A stretch of DNA of 64,000 nucleotides from an uncultured Planctomycetota bacterium. Lineage in GTDB: Bacteria > Planctomycetota > Planctomycetia > Isosphaerales > Isosphaeraceae. Made by a program: the position numbers and the translations under genes. Each line of letters opens with the position of its first letter. The first letter of the stretch is position 1. The stretch lies in contig CAWGMQ010000003.1 of assembly GCA_963823665.1 (NCBI GenBank), forward strand, positions 1,408,001 to 1,472,000. The letters are read 5' to 3'. Of the stretch, positions 47,857 to 57,522 are shown piece by piece. The notes below the pieces were generated by a model. It was given only the letters and a program-made list of their open reading frames with translations. It was not told the DNA's origin and searched no databases.

Positions 47857-49524
47857 ATGGTGAGCGAAGCCAAGATTGCGGCGAACCGCAGGAACGCCAC
47901 AAAAAGCTGCGGGCCCAAAACCGAAGCCGGTAAGAAAATCGCCCGATTCAATGCACTCACGCATGGAATGACAGCTGAAATTGCGATGTTGCCGGAGGAG
48001 GATGCGGCGGTTTATGAATCGCGCCGGAGGGACTGGTTCGAGCAGTACAAGCCGCGGAATGGTGTGGAAGCGGCCAAGGTTGAACGGAGTTTTTACTTGT
48101 GGTGGCAACTCGGGCGGATCGGACGTGCACAGTCGGCGCAGCTCTGTGAGAAATCCCGGACGGCGGAGAGTGAACGGCTGGCGAGTGAAGCCAGAGAGAC
48201 GATCGAGCTGTCGATCAAGCTCTTTCTGCCGACCCCGGAGGCTCGCTGGGGGACTGCGGAGAATTCGACGCGCGACCGAGGTTTTGAGCATCCCGCACTG
48301 ATCGAGAGCCGGCTGGAAGAACTGGAGGACGGCTGCCGGTGGCTTCACGCGCAGTGGAAGGAGGAAGCCGCGATTCTGGACGCAGGCAAAGCTTGGGGGG
48401 CGATCGAGTGTTTCAAGGCGATCAGGCTGATGGGAATGCATGTCCTCTCGGCTATCGATCTCAACGAGGTGGCCGATTTCCTGCGGCCGTGCGTGGCACT
48501 GGCCGGAAAGGGAATCGGGCTGGCGAGGGAAACATGGACGCTGCTTGCTCCGCCCGATGCCGAGCGAGGTTGGGAGGTCGTGCGCGGGCAGTTGGAACCA
48601 TGTGACGCGCTGCCCATGTGCGCGGAAGAAGCGAGGGAATGGTTACGCGAGACAGTCGAAACGCAGATCGGGCGGCTGGCCGAGAAAATCGAGGAGCACG
48701 AAAGCGTCGCCGAGGTCCTCGGGACACTGGCGCGTGACCTGCATGCTTTCGACTGGAGCCCTCTCGCCGAGCGGACGCGACGGTACGAGCGGGCCTGTCA
48801 ACGAACCGTCGACCGAATCGATCGCGAGCTCGAAACACGGCCTTGGCTGTCGTCTGAGCAATTCGTGCCGGCATCGACTTTGAACCGGAGGCTCACCCCG
48901 AGCTTGGTGCAATCCATGCGTGCGAGGTTAATGGCGGGTGATGCGATCGGCGCAGCCGACGACGAGGACGAAGAAGAAGTTGGGCGGCAACGAAACGAAG
49001 CCAACGGGGACGACGGAGTTGAATCGACGATGAACTTCGTCGATGACGGGCGGACGCATGTTTGCGAAGCCGAGGGCGACACCCCTGGCAGGCACGAATT
49101 AACGATGAATTATGGCGATACGGCCGCTCGACGAAACGAAGCCAACGGGCATGAGCGGTCGGGAGAAGCGCCGCGACGAAACGAAGCCAACGGGGACGAC
49201 GAAGCGTCGCCCTTGATGCGACGAAACGAACCCAACGGGAGGGAGGACGGTTCAGTCGCAACGATTGACGGGTTTGAGAGGTCGAAGGTCGCCGACGGCT
49301 CGCGCGGCGATGGTACCTCGTCCGAAGAAACAAGTGACGAAACACCGCAACAATCGACTGACCTCGCGTGTGAGACCCAGGCTGGGGCGGTCGAGAGGCG
49401 CCAGGTGGGCTCGGCGACGGTGACACGATTCAGCCTGGCTGCGGGTGTGAAGGGAAGCAGGGCCGATTCGCGCCGTGAGCGGCGTGCGCGGCGGCGGCGG
49501 GAAATGCGGCAGCGAAACCGCTGA
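47857..49524 (+). CDS. Planctomycete hypothetical protein (AANRRNA.KS.GP family) with RNEAN repeats
   Basis: MVSEAKIAANRRNATKSCGPKTEAGK...NALTHG; four ACGAAACGAA(G/C)CCAACGGG repeats between 48990 and 49240. Confidence 0.75.
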   Translation: MVSEAKIAANRRNATKSCGPKTEAGKKIARFNALTHGMTAEIAMLPEEDAAVYESRRRDWFEQYKPRNGVEAAKVERSFYLWWQLGRIGRAQSAQLCEKSRTAESERLASEARETIELSIKLFLPTPEARWGTAENSTRDRGFEHPALIESRLEELEDGCRWLHAQWKEEAAILDAGKAWGAIECFKAIRLMGMHVLSAIDLNEVADFLRPCVALAGKGIGLARETWTLLAPPDAERGWEVVRGQLEPCDALPMCAEEAREWLRETVETQIGRLAEKIEEHESVAEVLGTLARDLHAFDWSPLAERTRRYERACQRTVDRIDRELETRPWLSSEQFVPASTLNRRLTPSLVQSMRARLMAGDAIGAADDEDEEEVGRQRNEANGDDGVESTMNFVDDGRTHVCEAEGDTPGRHELTMNYGDTAARRNEANGHERSGEAPRRNEANGDDEASPLMRRNEPNGREDGSVATIDGFERSKVADGSRGDGTSSEETSDETPQQSTDLACETQAGAVERRQVGSATVTRFSLAAGVKGSRADSRRERRARRRREMRQRNR

Positions 49525-49555
49525 TGATGCGAACCGGAATCAATAACATCCGAAG

Positions 49556-49720
49556 TTCGACGGTTTGGACGCCACGGAGCGGCACGGGGGCCGTTCGGAC
49601 GCGGGAGCGTCGGAACGAGGAGTCGGCGCGCGCTGTGGAGTTTGTCGGGAAATCAACCGTTTGCACGCGGCGGAGCGGCACCGGAGACCGTTCCGACGCG
49701 GGAGCGTCGGAACGAGGGGG
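49556..49720. repeat. Two tandem ~97-bp units each ending in the REP-like hairpin
   Basis: ...CGGAGCGGCAC..G...CGTTC.GACGCGGGAGCGTCGGAACGAGG twice. Confidence 0.8.
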
Positions 49721-49873
49721 GGTGGCTCTTTATTGCTGTATCAGTTCCATTCAGTCCCATTTCTCGAATGGCCAAAAAGACATGTCTGGAGAAGCTCGCG
49801 TGAGAGCACAAGCCGAACCTGGATTCGGGAATGCCTCGGGGCAATTCGATCCGTGCGTGGGCGCGGGGAAATC

Positions 49874-49895
49874 GTCAGGCTAAAGCCTGACCTAC
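49874..49895 (-). repeat. GTAG-family REP
   Basis: Minus strand GTAG-GTCAGGC-TTTA-GCCTGAC (GTAG tetranucleotide plus a perfect 7-bp stem). Confidence 0.7.
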
Positions 49896-50099
49896 CTCGA
49901 GCAGACGAGTGCGGGGGTTGGGGCTTCGCGAACGGCTCCGATTATTAGGGGAAGGTTGCGGGACAAACCAGCGGCTTTGGCGGGCGTCTTGGTGCATACT
50001 TGAATTTGAGATTGACGTCTGCGGGGGTTGTTGCGCGCTTCCCGGCCGGGCTGACCCGGCGAGGGGGAGTTGATCTCGCCGGGATTGAGGTGCGGCCAG

Positions 50100-53000
50100 A
50101 TGGCGGATTCGAGTCCCAGCAAATGGCGGAGGGTCAGGACCCCCACCGTTCTGCAAATGGAGGCGGCGGAGTGCGGAGCCGCTGCGCTGGGGATCGTCCT
50201 GGAGTTTTACGGCCGGTATATCCCCCTCGACGTGCTGCGCGACGATTGCGGCGTCTCGCGCGACGGCAGCAACGCGTTTTACATCAAAGAGGCGGCCAAG
50301 AGATACGGTCTGGAAGTCAAAGCGGGGCGGAAATCGGCCGAGGGGATACGATCCTGGCGGCCTCCGATCATTGCGTTCTGGCAGTGGAACCACTTCCTTG
50401 TGGTCGAGGGATTCGGGCATGGAAAGGTCTACGTGAACGATCCCGCCAGCGGCCGGCGGACGATGGGGTTCGAGGAGTTCCGGGAGGGATATTCGGGGAT
50501 CGCGTTCACGTTCGAGCCTGGACCGCAGTTCGTCAAGCAAGGACGACGTCCGAGCATATTCCGCGGTCTGGCCAGACGACTGGCGAGCTCGCGGGTGGCG
50601 ATTGTTTTCGTCGTGCTGGCCGGGCTGGCGCTCGTGATTCCCAACCTGGTGACGGCGGCTTTTCAGCGAGTGTTCATGGACGAGATCCTCATTCAGGGGC
50701 ATCACAACTGGCTGAGGCCGCTGCTTGTGGCCATGGCACTGACGGCCATCCTGCGGGTTGCGGCGGCCGCGCTCCAGCAGTTGTACCTGACGCGGTTCGA
50801 GGTGAAGCTTTTGCTCGAAGAGTCGCTCAAGTTCCTGGGACACGTGCTGCGGTTACCGCTGGTCTTCTTTCAACGGCGATATACGGGCGATCTGGTGGCG
50901 CGCGTTTCGAGCACGGCACGCGTGGCCGCGCTGCTCTCGGGCGAGCTGGCGACGACGGCCGTCAGTTTGCTGACGCTGGTGGCTTATGTCGCGGTGATGC
51001 TGCCTTATGAGCCGCTGCTGGCGATTGTGGGGCTCTTGATCAGCAGCTTGAATCTTGTTGCGCTCAAGATGTTCAGCCGCTGGAGGAGCGACCAGAACCG
51101 GGTGATCGAGCAGATACGCGGCAAGCTGCTGGCGGGGATCATGGGGGCGATCCAGATCGTCGAGAGCATCAAGGCGACCGGATCCGAGTCGGAAATGCTG
51201 GTGCGCTGGACGGGCGACCAGGCGCGAATGATCAACGCGGAACAAGTCCTTGGGGTTTACGACACGCTGCTGTTCGTGATTCCGCCGCTCCTGGCGAGCC
51301 TGACGACGATCGTGGTGCTGGGCCTGGGCGGCCACCAGGTCATGGCCGGCGGCCTGGGCATTGGCGTGCTGCTGGCGCTTCAGGCGCTGCTGGCGGGGTT
51401 CAATCAGCCATTCCTGGATCTGGCCCGACTGGGAGCCGACGTGCAGGAGCTGCGGGCCGATCTCGATCGGATCGACGACGTGCGGAACCGGCCGATCGAC
51501 CCGGTGTATGCACTGGCGGGGCAGATCACGGCGGTCTCCGGGGCAAGCGAGGCGGCGCGGGCGGCCGCGGCGCGGCACCGGCTCTCAGGGCACATCGAGT
51601 TTCGCAACGTCACGTTCGGGTACAACCGGACGGTCGAGGAGCCATTGATCCACGATTTCTCATTTGTTGCTATTCCTGGCCAGCGGATTGCGCTTGTGGG
51701 CTCTTCGGGCAGCGGCAAATCGACGATCGGCCGGCTGGCGATGGGGCTGTATCAACCATGGAGCGGCGAGATTCTCTACGATGGCCATCGGCTCGCGGAG
51801 ATTCCTCGCGAGGTGTTCGTGAACTCGGTGCTGCTGGTTGACTCGGAGATTTGCCTGTTCGAGGGGACGGTGCGCGACAACCTGACGCTCTGGGATGATT
51901 TTGTTCCGATGGCGCGGCTGACGCAGGCGGGGGTGGAGGCGGCGATTCACCGCGATCTGCTTCAGCGGCGGGGCGGTTATGGCGCGGCTGTCAGCGAGGC
52001 GGGACGGAACTTTTCGGGCGGGCAGCGGCAGCGTCTTCAAATCGCGCGGGCGATTGTGCGGGAACCGAGCCTGCTCGTGCTGGACGAGGCCACGAGCGCG
52101 CTTGATCCGCGAACCGAGCGAATCGTCGACGACAACCTCCGCAGGCGAGGCTGCACCTGCTTGATCATCGCCCACCGGCTGACGACGATCCGGGACTGCG
52201 ACGAGATCATCGTCTTGAATGCAGGGCGAGTGGTGCAGCGCGGCACGCACGATGAGCTGATCGCGGATAGCGCGGGTGAGTATGCGCGGCTGCTTGCTTT
52301 TCAGGTGCTACCGGGGGTGCGGCACGGACGGTTTTCGTGGAGAAGGAGTCGAGCGGCCCAGACGATCGTTCCGGTGGAGAGCCGAATCGAGATCGCCGGG
52401 AACTCGGCGGGGGGCCATGTGGAGCCGGTCGCGGTGCCCAGGGTGGTGGCGGGTGGAGAGCAGACGGATTCGCCGCGGTTCATCGTGGAGGAGCTGCTGC
52501 CCTACAGCCAGCCGGAGAGCACGGCGGCGAATCGTCCGCTTTCGCTTGACGATCCCGAAGCGGTCTGGTGGGTCTCATCCGGCGGGGTCGACGTGTTTTT
52601 CACACAGTTTGAGCCGGGTGCGCCGGAAGGGAACAGGCGGCATTTGTGCCGGGTGGAGGAAGGGGGCTCGATCTTCGCGATCAGCGGGGTTCGCGGCCGG
52701 TTGGGGAGTGGGCTGGTGGCCGTCGGGGCGGGGCCGGCTCAGCTTCTCAAGTTCGCCCGGGGTGATTTGATCCGCCTGAGCTTCGAGGAGGGGCTTTCCG
52801 AGCAAGTTGCGGTTCTGGTCGACGATTGGCTGCTGCGAGTCGGCCGCGCACTGGGGCGACTCGCGGGAATCGAAGGTTATCGCGAGCTTGAGTGGGACAC
52901 TTGCACGGACCTCGATCGGGAGGTGCGGTTCGGTGTGCGCCAGGGAGTGGGCTGGGTGCGGCAGCTTAGCGGGAGCTCGTGGTTTCTGGATGAGGTTCCG

Positions 53001-55418
53001 GTTCCGGTGTCGGAGCTGGAGGCGAGGTTTCCCTTGAGCGAGAACCTCTGGCTCAAGACGACGAGCGAGGGCAGGGTTACTGCGTGCGACACGGCGACGA
53101 TGATTCGCAGCAGCGATCCCTGGGCGGGCCTGGACGAGTTTCACCGGACGATGCTCGACTACATTTCCGGATTCGAGGACGAGCAATCGCGCACGGGGTG
53201 GACCGAGTTCCGGCGATCGATGGAGCATGAGAACGCGCTCGTCGAATCGGTGACGACGGAGCTGGCGGCGGTGGCGACCGATTCGGCGATCTCGCCGATT
53301 GATCCCGGCGGAGACGCGCTCGTGACGGCGTGCCGCACGGTGGGCCAGGCGCTGGGGATCGAGGTTCGCGCGACCCGGACTGGTGGCCCGGATGGAACAG
53401 GGCCGTCGAGCGACCCGCTGGGAGACCTGGCGCGCGCCTCGGGTTTTCACGTGCGGCCGGTGACGCTTCCACCGGACTGGTGGCGCCAGGGCGGAAGCGA
53501 GCCGCTCCTGGGCCGAATGGCGGATTCCGGTGGTGTGCCGGTCGCGCTTGTCCCGGCGAAGGGCCGCGTGCCATGGGCCAAGCCTGTCTACAATCTATAC
53601 GACCACGAGGGCCGGAGGCGGCCCGTCGACCTGCGGCTGGCGGAGAAGCTGGATTCGCGAGCGTGGGCCATTTACCGCACGCTGCCGGATGAGCCGCAGC
53701 GGAAGCTCGACCTGTTTCGGTTCAGCTTGAGTCTGCCGGGACTGGCGCGCGAGCTCTGGATGGTGATCTTGATGGCGCTCGTGGCGGCGATCCTGGGGTT
53801 GTCGATCCCGATCGCGGCGGGAATCCTGGTGGACCAGGTCATTCCGGAGGCCGATCGCGAGGGCCTGGCGGTGATGTGCGTTTTCCTGGTCGTCCTGGCC
53901 TTCTCGGCTGCGGCGTGCCGCGTGATTCAGGGGCTGATGGTGCTGCGCGTGGAAGGGAGGGTGTCGTCGACGATCATCCCGGCCGTCTGGGACCGATTGC
54001 TGCGGCTGCCGACGGGTTTCTTCGCAAGGTTCAGCTCCGGTGATCTGGCGTTTCGCGCGATGGAATTCAGCAAGGTTTTCAAGAAGGTGTCCGGGGCGAC
54101 GGTCACCACCTTGATGATGGGTTTGTTCGCCTTGTTCAATCTGGGCCTGCTTTTCTTCTATAGCTGGAGGATGGCGCTGTGCACCACGTTCCTGGTGGGC
54201 TTGATGCTCGCGGTGACGGGCTTTCTGCTGGCGGGTCTCTTGCGGTACGGGAATTCGATCCACCGGATCGACGGCGTGATCTCGGGGCTATTGCTGGAGC
54301 TGCTGGGTGGAATTGTCACGCTGCGAACGGCGGGTGCGGAACGGCGTGCGTTTTCCCGGTGGGCCAGCCGATATACGGAGCGTCTGGTGCTCTCGATCCA
54401 AGGGAGACGGATTGCGAACCGGTTGCATCAATGGCTGGCGGTCTATCCGATTCTCACAGCGATGTTCGTGTATGTGGGAGCGCTATACCTGGACACGGGG
54501 TTGTTGAAAACAGGGAGTTTCCTGGCGTTTTCGATCGCGTTTGCGAACTTGATGGCTGCGATCCTGGCGGTGGGATATAGCTCGATGGGGCTGCTCGATC
54601 TGCTGCCGACGTTCGAGCGGCTCAGGCCGATACTGGAGGAGCGCCCGGAGTTTGCAGCGGCGGTGATCGAGCCGGTGCGGCTGTACGGGGCGATCTCACT
54701 CAACCACATCTCATTTCGCTATCCGGGCCAGGACCAGGGGACGAAGGTGCTGGACGACGTGAGCCTTCAGGTCCGGCCGGGTGAATTCGTGGCGATTGTC
54801 GGGCCATCGGGGGCGGGAAAATCGACCTTGATGCGGCTGTTGCTCGGGTTCGAGACGCCAGATGCCGGGTCGGTGACCTATGACGGCCGAGAGCTGACGA
54901 CGCTCGACTTGCGGGACGTGCGGCGTCAGATCGGCGTGGTCTTGCAGCAAGCCCAGCTTCTACCCACGGACATCGTGGGCAACATCATCGGGTTTGCGCC
55001 GCTGCTCAACATCGACGACGCGTGGGAGGCCGCGCGGCTGGCGGGCCTGGAGGAAGACATCCGGCGGATGCCAATGGGGATGCATACCCTGGTCGGGGAA
55101 GGCGGAGGAAACCTGTCGAGCGGTCAGCGGCAGCGCTTGCTGATTGCGCGGGCGATCGTGCGGCGGCCGAGGATTCTACTGCTCGACGAAGCGACCAGCG
55201 CACTCGATAACGCCACGCAGGCTATTGTGAGCGACAGCCTGACGAACCAGCTTCGGGGCATCACGCGGGTGGTGATCGCGCACCGGCTCGACGTGGTCGT
55301 GAAGGCCGATCGCATCTACGTGCTGAAGGACAGCCGGATCGTTCAATCCGGGCCGTATCACCAACTGCTGGAGGAGTCAGGACCGTTCCGAGAGCTGGCG
55401 CGGCGGCAGATGCTGTGA
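50100..55418 (+). CDS. Fused NHLP-type bacteriocin-export ABC transporter (C39 peptidase-TMD-NBD + second TMD-NBD subunit)
   Basis: RTPTVLQMEAAECGAAAL and WNHFLVV (C39); GSSGSGKST, FSGGQRQR, LDEATSALD; then LDDP..VW and a second TMD, GPSGAGKST, LSSGQRQR, LDEATSALD; GAGGTG RBS before MADSS. Confidence 0.9.
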   Translation: MADSSPSKWRRVRTPTVLQMEAAECGAAALGIVLEFYGRYIPLDVLRDDCGVSRDGSNAFYIKEAAKRYGLEVKAGRKSAEGIRSWRPPIIAFWQWNHFLVVEGFGHGKVYVNDPASGRRTMGFEEFREGYSGIAFTFEPGPQFVKQGRRPSIFRGLARRLASSRVAIVFVVLAGLALVIPNLVTAAFQRVFMDEILIQGHHNWLRPLLVAMALTAILRVAAAALQQLYLTRFEVKLLLEESLKFLGHVLRLPLVFFQRRYTGDLVARVSSTARVAALLSGELATTAVSLLTLVAYVAVMLPYEPLLAIVGLLISSLNLVALKMFSRWRSDQNRVIEQIRGKLLAGIMGAIQIVESIKATGSESEMLVRWTGDQARMINAEQVLGVYDTLLFVIPPLLASLTTIVVLGLGGHQVMAGGLGIGVLLALQALLAGFNQPFLDLARLGADVQELRADLDRIDDVRNRPIDPVYALAGQITAVSGASEAARAAAARHRLSGHIEFRNVTFGYNRTVEEPLIHDFSFVAIPGQRIALVGSSGSGKSTIGRLAMGLYQPWSGEILYDGHRLAEIPREVFVNSVLLVDSEICLFEGTVRDNLTLWDDFVPMARLTQAGVEAAIHRDLLQRRGGYGAAVSEAGRNFSGGQRQRLQIARAIVREPSLLVLDEATSALDPRTERIVDDNLRRRGCTCLIIAHRLTTIRDCDEIIVLNAGRVVQRGTHDELIADSAGEYARLLAFQVLPGVRHGRFSWRRSRAAQTIVPVESRIEIAGNSAGGHVEPVAVPRVVAGGEQTDSPRFIVEELLPYSQPESTAANRPLSLDDPEAVWWVSSGGVDVFFTQFEPGAPEGNRRHLCRVEEGGSIFAISGVRGRLGSGLVAVGAGPAQLLKFARGDLIRLSFEEGLSEQVAVLVDDWLLRVGRALGRLAGIEGYRELEWDTCTDLDREVRFGVRQGVGWVRQLSGSSWFLDEVPVPVSELEARFPLSENLWLKTTSEGRVTACDTATMIRSSDPWAGLDEFHRTMLDYISGFEDEQSRTGWTEFRRSMEHENALVESVTTELAAVATDSAISPIDPGGDALVTACRTVGQALGIEVRATRTGGPDGTGPSSDPLGDLARASGFHVRPVTLPPDWWRQGGSEPLLGRMADSGGVPVALVPAKGRVPWAKPVYNLYDHEGRRRPVDLRLAEKLDSRAWAIYRTLPDEPQRKLDLFRFSLSLPGLARELWMVILMALVAAILGLSIPIAAGILVDQVIPEADREGLAVMCVFLVVLAFSAAACRVIQGLMVLRVEGRVSSTIIPAVWDRLLRLPTGFFARFSSGDLAFRAMEFSKVFKKVSGATVTTLMMGLFALFNLGLLFFYSWRMALCTTFLVGLMLAVTGFLLAGLLRYGNSIHRIDGVISGLLLELLGGIVTLRTAGAERRAFSRWASRYTERLVLSIQGRRIANRLHQWLAVYPILTAMFVYVGALYLDTGLLKTGSFLAFSIAFANLMAAILAVGYSSMGLLDLLPTFERLRPILEERPEFAAAVIEPVRLYGAISLNHISFRYPGQDQGTKVLDDVSLQVRPGEFVAIVGPSGAGKSTLMRLLLGFETPDAGSVTYDGRELTTLDLRDVRRQIGVVLQQAQLLPTDIVGNIIGFAPLLNIDDAWEAARLAGLEEDIRRMPMGMHTLVGEGGGNLSSGQRQRLLIARAIVRRPRILLLDEATSALDNATQAIVSDSLTNQLRGITRVVIAHRLDVVVKADRIYVLKDSRIVQSGPYHQLLEESGPFRELARRQML

Positions 55419-55432
55419 TGGTTCAAATCGGA

Positions 55433-56281
55433 TCAATGATGATGCTTCTTGGGAACGACTTTGATGAAGAACGGCCTGCTGAGCTTGCTCAAATGACCGA
55501 CATCATCGACGGCCTGGATCCGGAATTCGTGGACGCCGACGGTCTGGGGCACGACGATCTGGACCGTGTAGTCGTTGTCCTTCTTGACCCTTTCGGCGCC
55601 GACGACTTCGCCGTCGGGCGTGACCACGCGGATGAAGGTGTGGAAATGGTAGGTGCCGACCACTCTCGGGCGAGCGAGCGGAGTCTTCATGTGGTTGACG
55701 CCGGCCATGAGTCCGTTGTTCTTCTTGATGCGTGGAACGATCGGCGGCGGCATGGGCCGGCCGATGCCCAGTGCGGTTTGAAGCGTGAGCGAATAATCGT
55801 TGGTGGCCAGGTTCACCGGCATGATGCTGGCGGTATCGACCTGAGAGGTCAGGGTGAACAGGGCCGACTGCAGCCCGTTGATCGAGTCTTGGGGCGTCTT
55901 GGCCGAATGGAGCACCGCGCCGAAGGAGTAATTGAGGCGTTTGATGTCGGACGCCGAGAGCGACTGGTGCGAGACGACGTGGCGAAGCTGGTAGTTGTAG
56001 TTATTGATCGCTTCGGAGGGGGGCTTAGAGATCGAATCGAGCATCGCATAGAGGGAATTCTGGATCTGCTGTATCTCGGCTTTGGGGAGAAAGCGCGGAC
56101 TTTCGTTGATCTTGCCGAGATAGTAAGGCAGGCGCTCGATTCGCAGCGCTTTCTGTTCGTAGGTGATGGGGATGTTGAGGTTCGAGTTGATCTGTGCTCC
56201 GAAGATGTTCGTCAGGTTAAAGGTTTGGAGCGCGCGGTCTTCCAGAGATTCATGAGACGGCCTAAACCGGCGGCGGTCCAT
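55433..56281 (-). CDS. Planctomycete secreted hypothetical protein with C-terminal Ig-like domain
   Basis: MDRRRFRPSHESLEDRALQT motif; AAGGAG RBS. Confidence 0.75.
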   Translation of the reverse strand: MDRRRFRPSHESLEDRALQTFNLTNIFGAQINSNLNIPITYEQKALRIERLPYYLGKINESPRFLPKAEIQQIQNSLYAMLDSISKPPSEAINNYNYQLRHVVSHQSLSASDIKRLNYSFGAVLHSAKTPQDSINGLQSALFTLTSQVDTASIMPVNLATNDYSLTLQTALGIGRPMPPPIVPRIKKNNGLMAGVNHMKTPLARPRVVGTYHFHTFIRVVTPDGEVVGAERVKKDNDYTVQIVVPQTVGVHEFRIQAVDDVGHLSKLSRPFFIKVVPKKHHH

Positions 56282-56607
56282 CGCGCGGATCTCCTTGAGA
56301 GGCGGCATGCTCAGTCCGGCAGACGCGCTGCCCGAGGCGAGCATAAAGGCGAAGAGCGAAGGCTGCCGCAGGGCACTGCGGCCGAGCGAGAGGAGCAGGG
56401 GGATCCTCCCGGCCGGATTCAGCGTGGATCAGGTCGAGAGAGCGACGAGCACCGAGCGAATGCCCGAACAGAAATGCGATTGAGTCCCGTCCGTGGGAAC
56501 GGGGTGTTTTTAGCAGAATCGGACAGGGCTGGCTAGACGGGTTTGGGGCCAGAGAAACCGGGCAAAGGACCAACATCTTTTGTAAGACTTTCATTCGAGG
56601 CGTGTAT

Positions 56608-57162
56608 TCAGTGAGATTCCATTGCCATGCGGAGGTAGGACCTGGGCTCGACGACCGTCAAGCCGAGCTCGGCGGCCAGCGCGAGTACGGCGGATTGGGC
56701 GGCGGGGAGGTGGGCCACCGATGGCGCGAGCGTTTCGATTTCCGCGAAGTCGCCCAAGCCCTCAGCCTGGTCGAGCGCGACTTCGAGGGCATGGCCTGCT
56801 CTGCTGAGCAGATACGATGTGCGCGTCTTGCGAATCGTGGCGACCGGGCGGAACCCGAGGAGCTTGAGCAACTCGAGCAACTGGGCGGCGGCCTGCGGGC
56901 CATCGGCAAAGCGAATCTCGATCTCTTCGCGTGTCTTGGTGGGGCCCGGCCGGCGCGGACCTTTATAGGTGATTCTATTCTCGTCGCCGATCGTGCGAAT
57001 TCGAAACGCCTCGTTGGTCGCGGCGAAGTCGCGCGAGGGGTGGTTCAAGTAGAGATCGACTTGATGGATCGTTGCGGTTCGCGATGCTCCGAGCGCAGTC
57101 AGCCTCTGCTCGAGCACGCTGTGATCAACCGAGCGGTACTTTACTTCCACCTCGTATCCCAT
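56608..57162 (-). CDS. cyaB: Class IV adenylate cyclase / CYTH-domain protein
   Basis: YEVEVKY, QVDLYLNHP.RDFA..NEAFRIR, ITYKGP, KTREEIE, IRK.R, LD..EGLG.FAEIE, SYL. Confidence 0.88.
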   Translation of the reverse strand: MGYEVEVKYRSVDHSVLEQRLTALGASRTATIHQVDLYLNHPSRDFAATNEAFRIRTIGDENRITYKGPRRPGPTKTREEIEIRFADGPQAAAQLLELLKLLGFRPVATIRKTRTSYLLSRAGHALEVALDQAEGLGDFAEIETLAPSVAHLPAAQSAVLALAAELGLTVVEPRSYLRMAMESH

Positions 57163-57522
57163 GGACCTCACGTTAGACAGACCGATCGAGCGGGTCAACG
57201 GGGCGACTACCGCGACTGCTTCGATCGGAATGAGCGTGCATGCAAGTGGGCGTGTTTTCGGTGCAAATCGGGTGTTCGGAGGAGCCTGGACGGTGATGTG
57301 CATGGAAACTGGGCGATGAAGGGGTCGATTTCGGTGAATATTCGTTGTATGGGACGAATAACCGACTGCTTCGGGGGGCTGGAACGAACCCCTGGGCGCC
57401 CGACTGGTCGGGCAAGCTGCGATGGGGCTGAAACTCACACCGGGTTGTTCCGTTCAGAGCAGCCGCATTGCGTTCGTTCCGGCAGGAGTTTTCCCGTGGT
57501 CGCGCCATTGGTCGGGGGGCAT

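Noticed and set aside
48990..49240. CRISPR-like short repeats with variable spacers
   Set aside because: Only four ~20-bp copies at irregular spacing (about 140, 45, 45 bp), in frame within a CDS, with no cas genes
56608..57162. CyaB as the cyclase partner of the TIR protein
   Set aside because: It lies 35 kb away in an ordinary context, and CYTH enzymes are not the established CBASS or Pycsar cyclases
56602..57522. N-terminal 307 aa of ORF 56602..59280
   Set aside because: Antisense to cyaB plus intergenic DNA; SPFH similarity begins after ~57523
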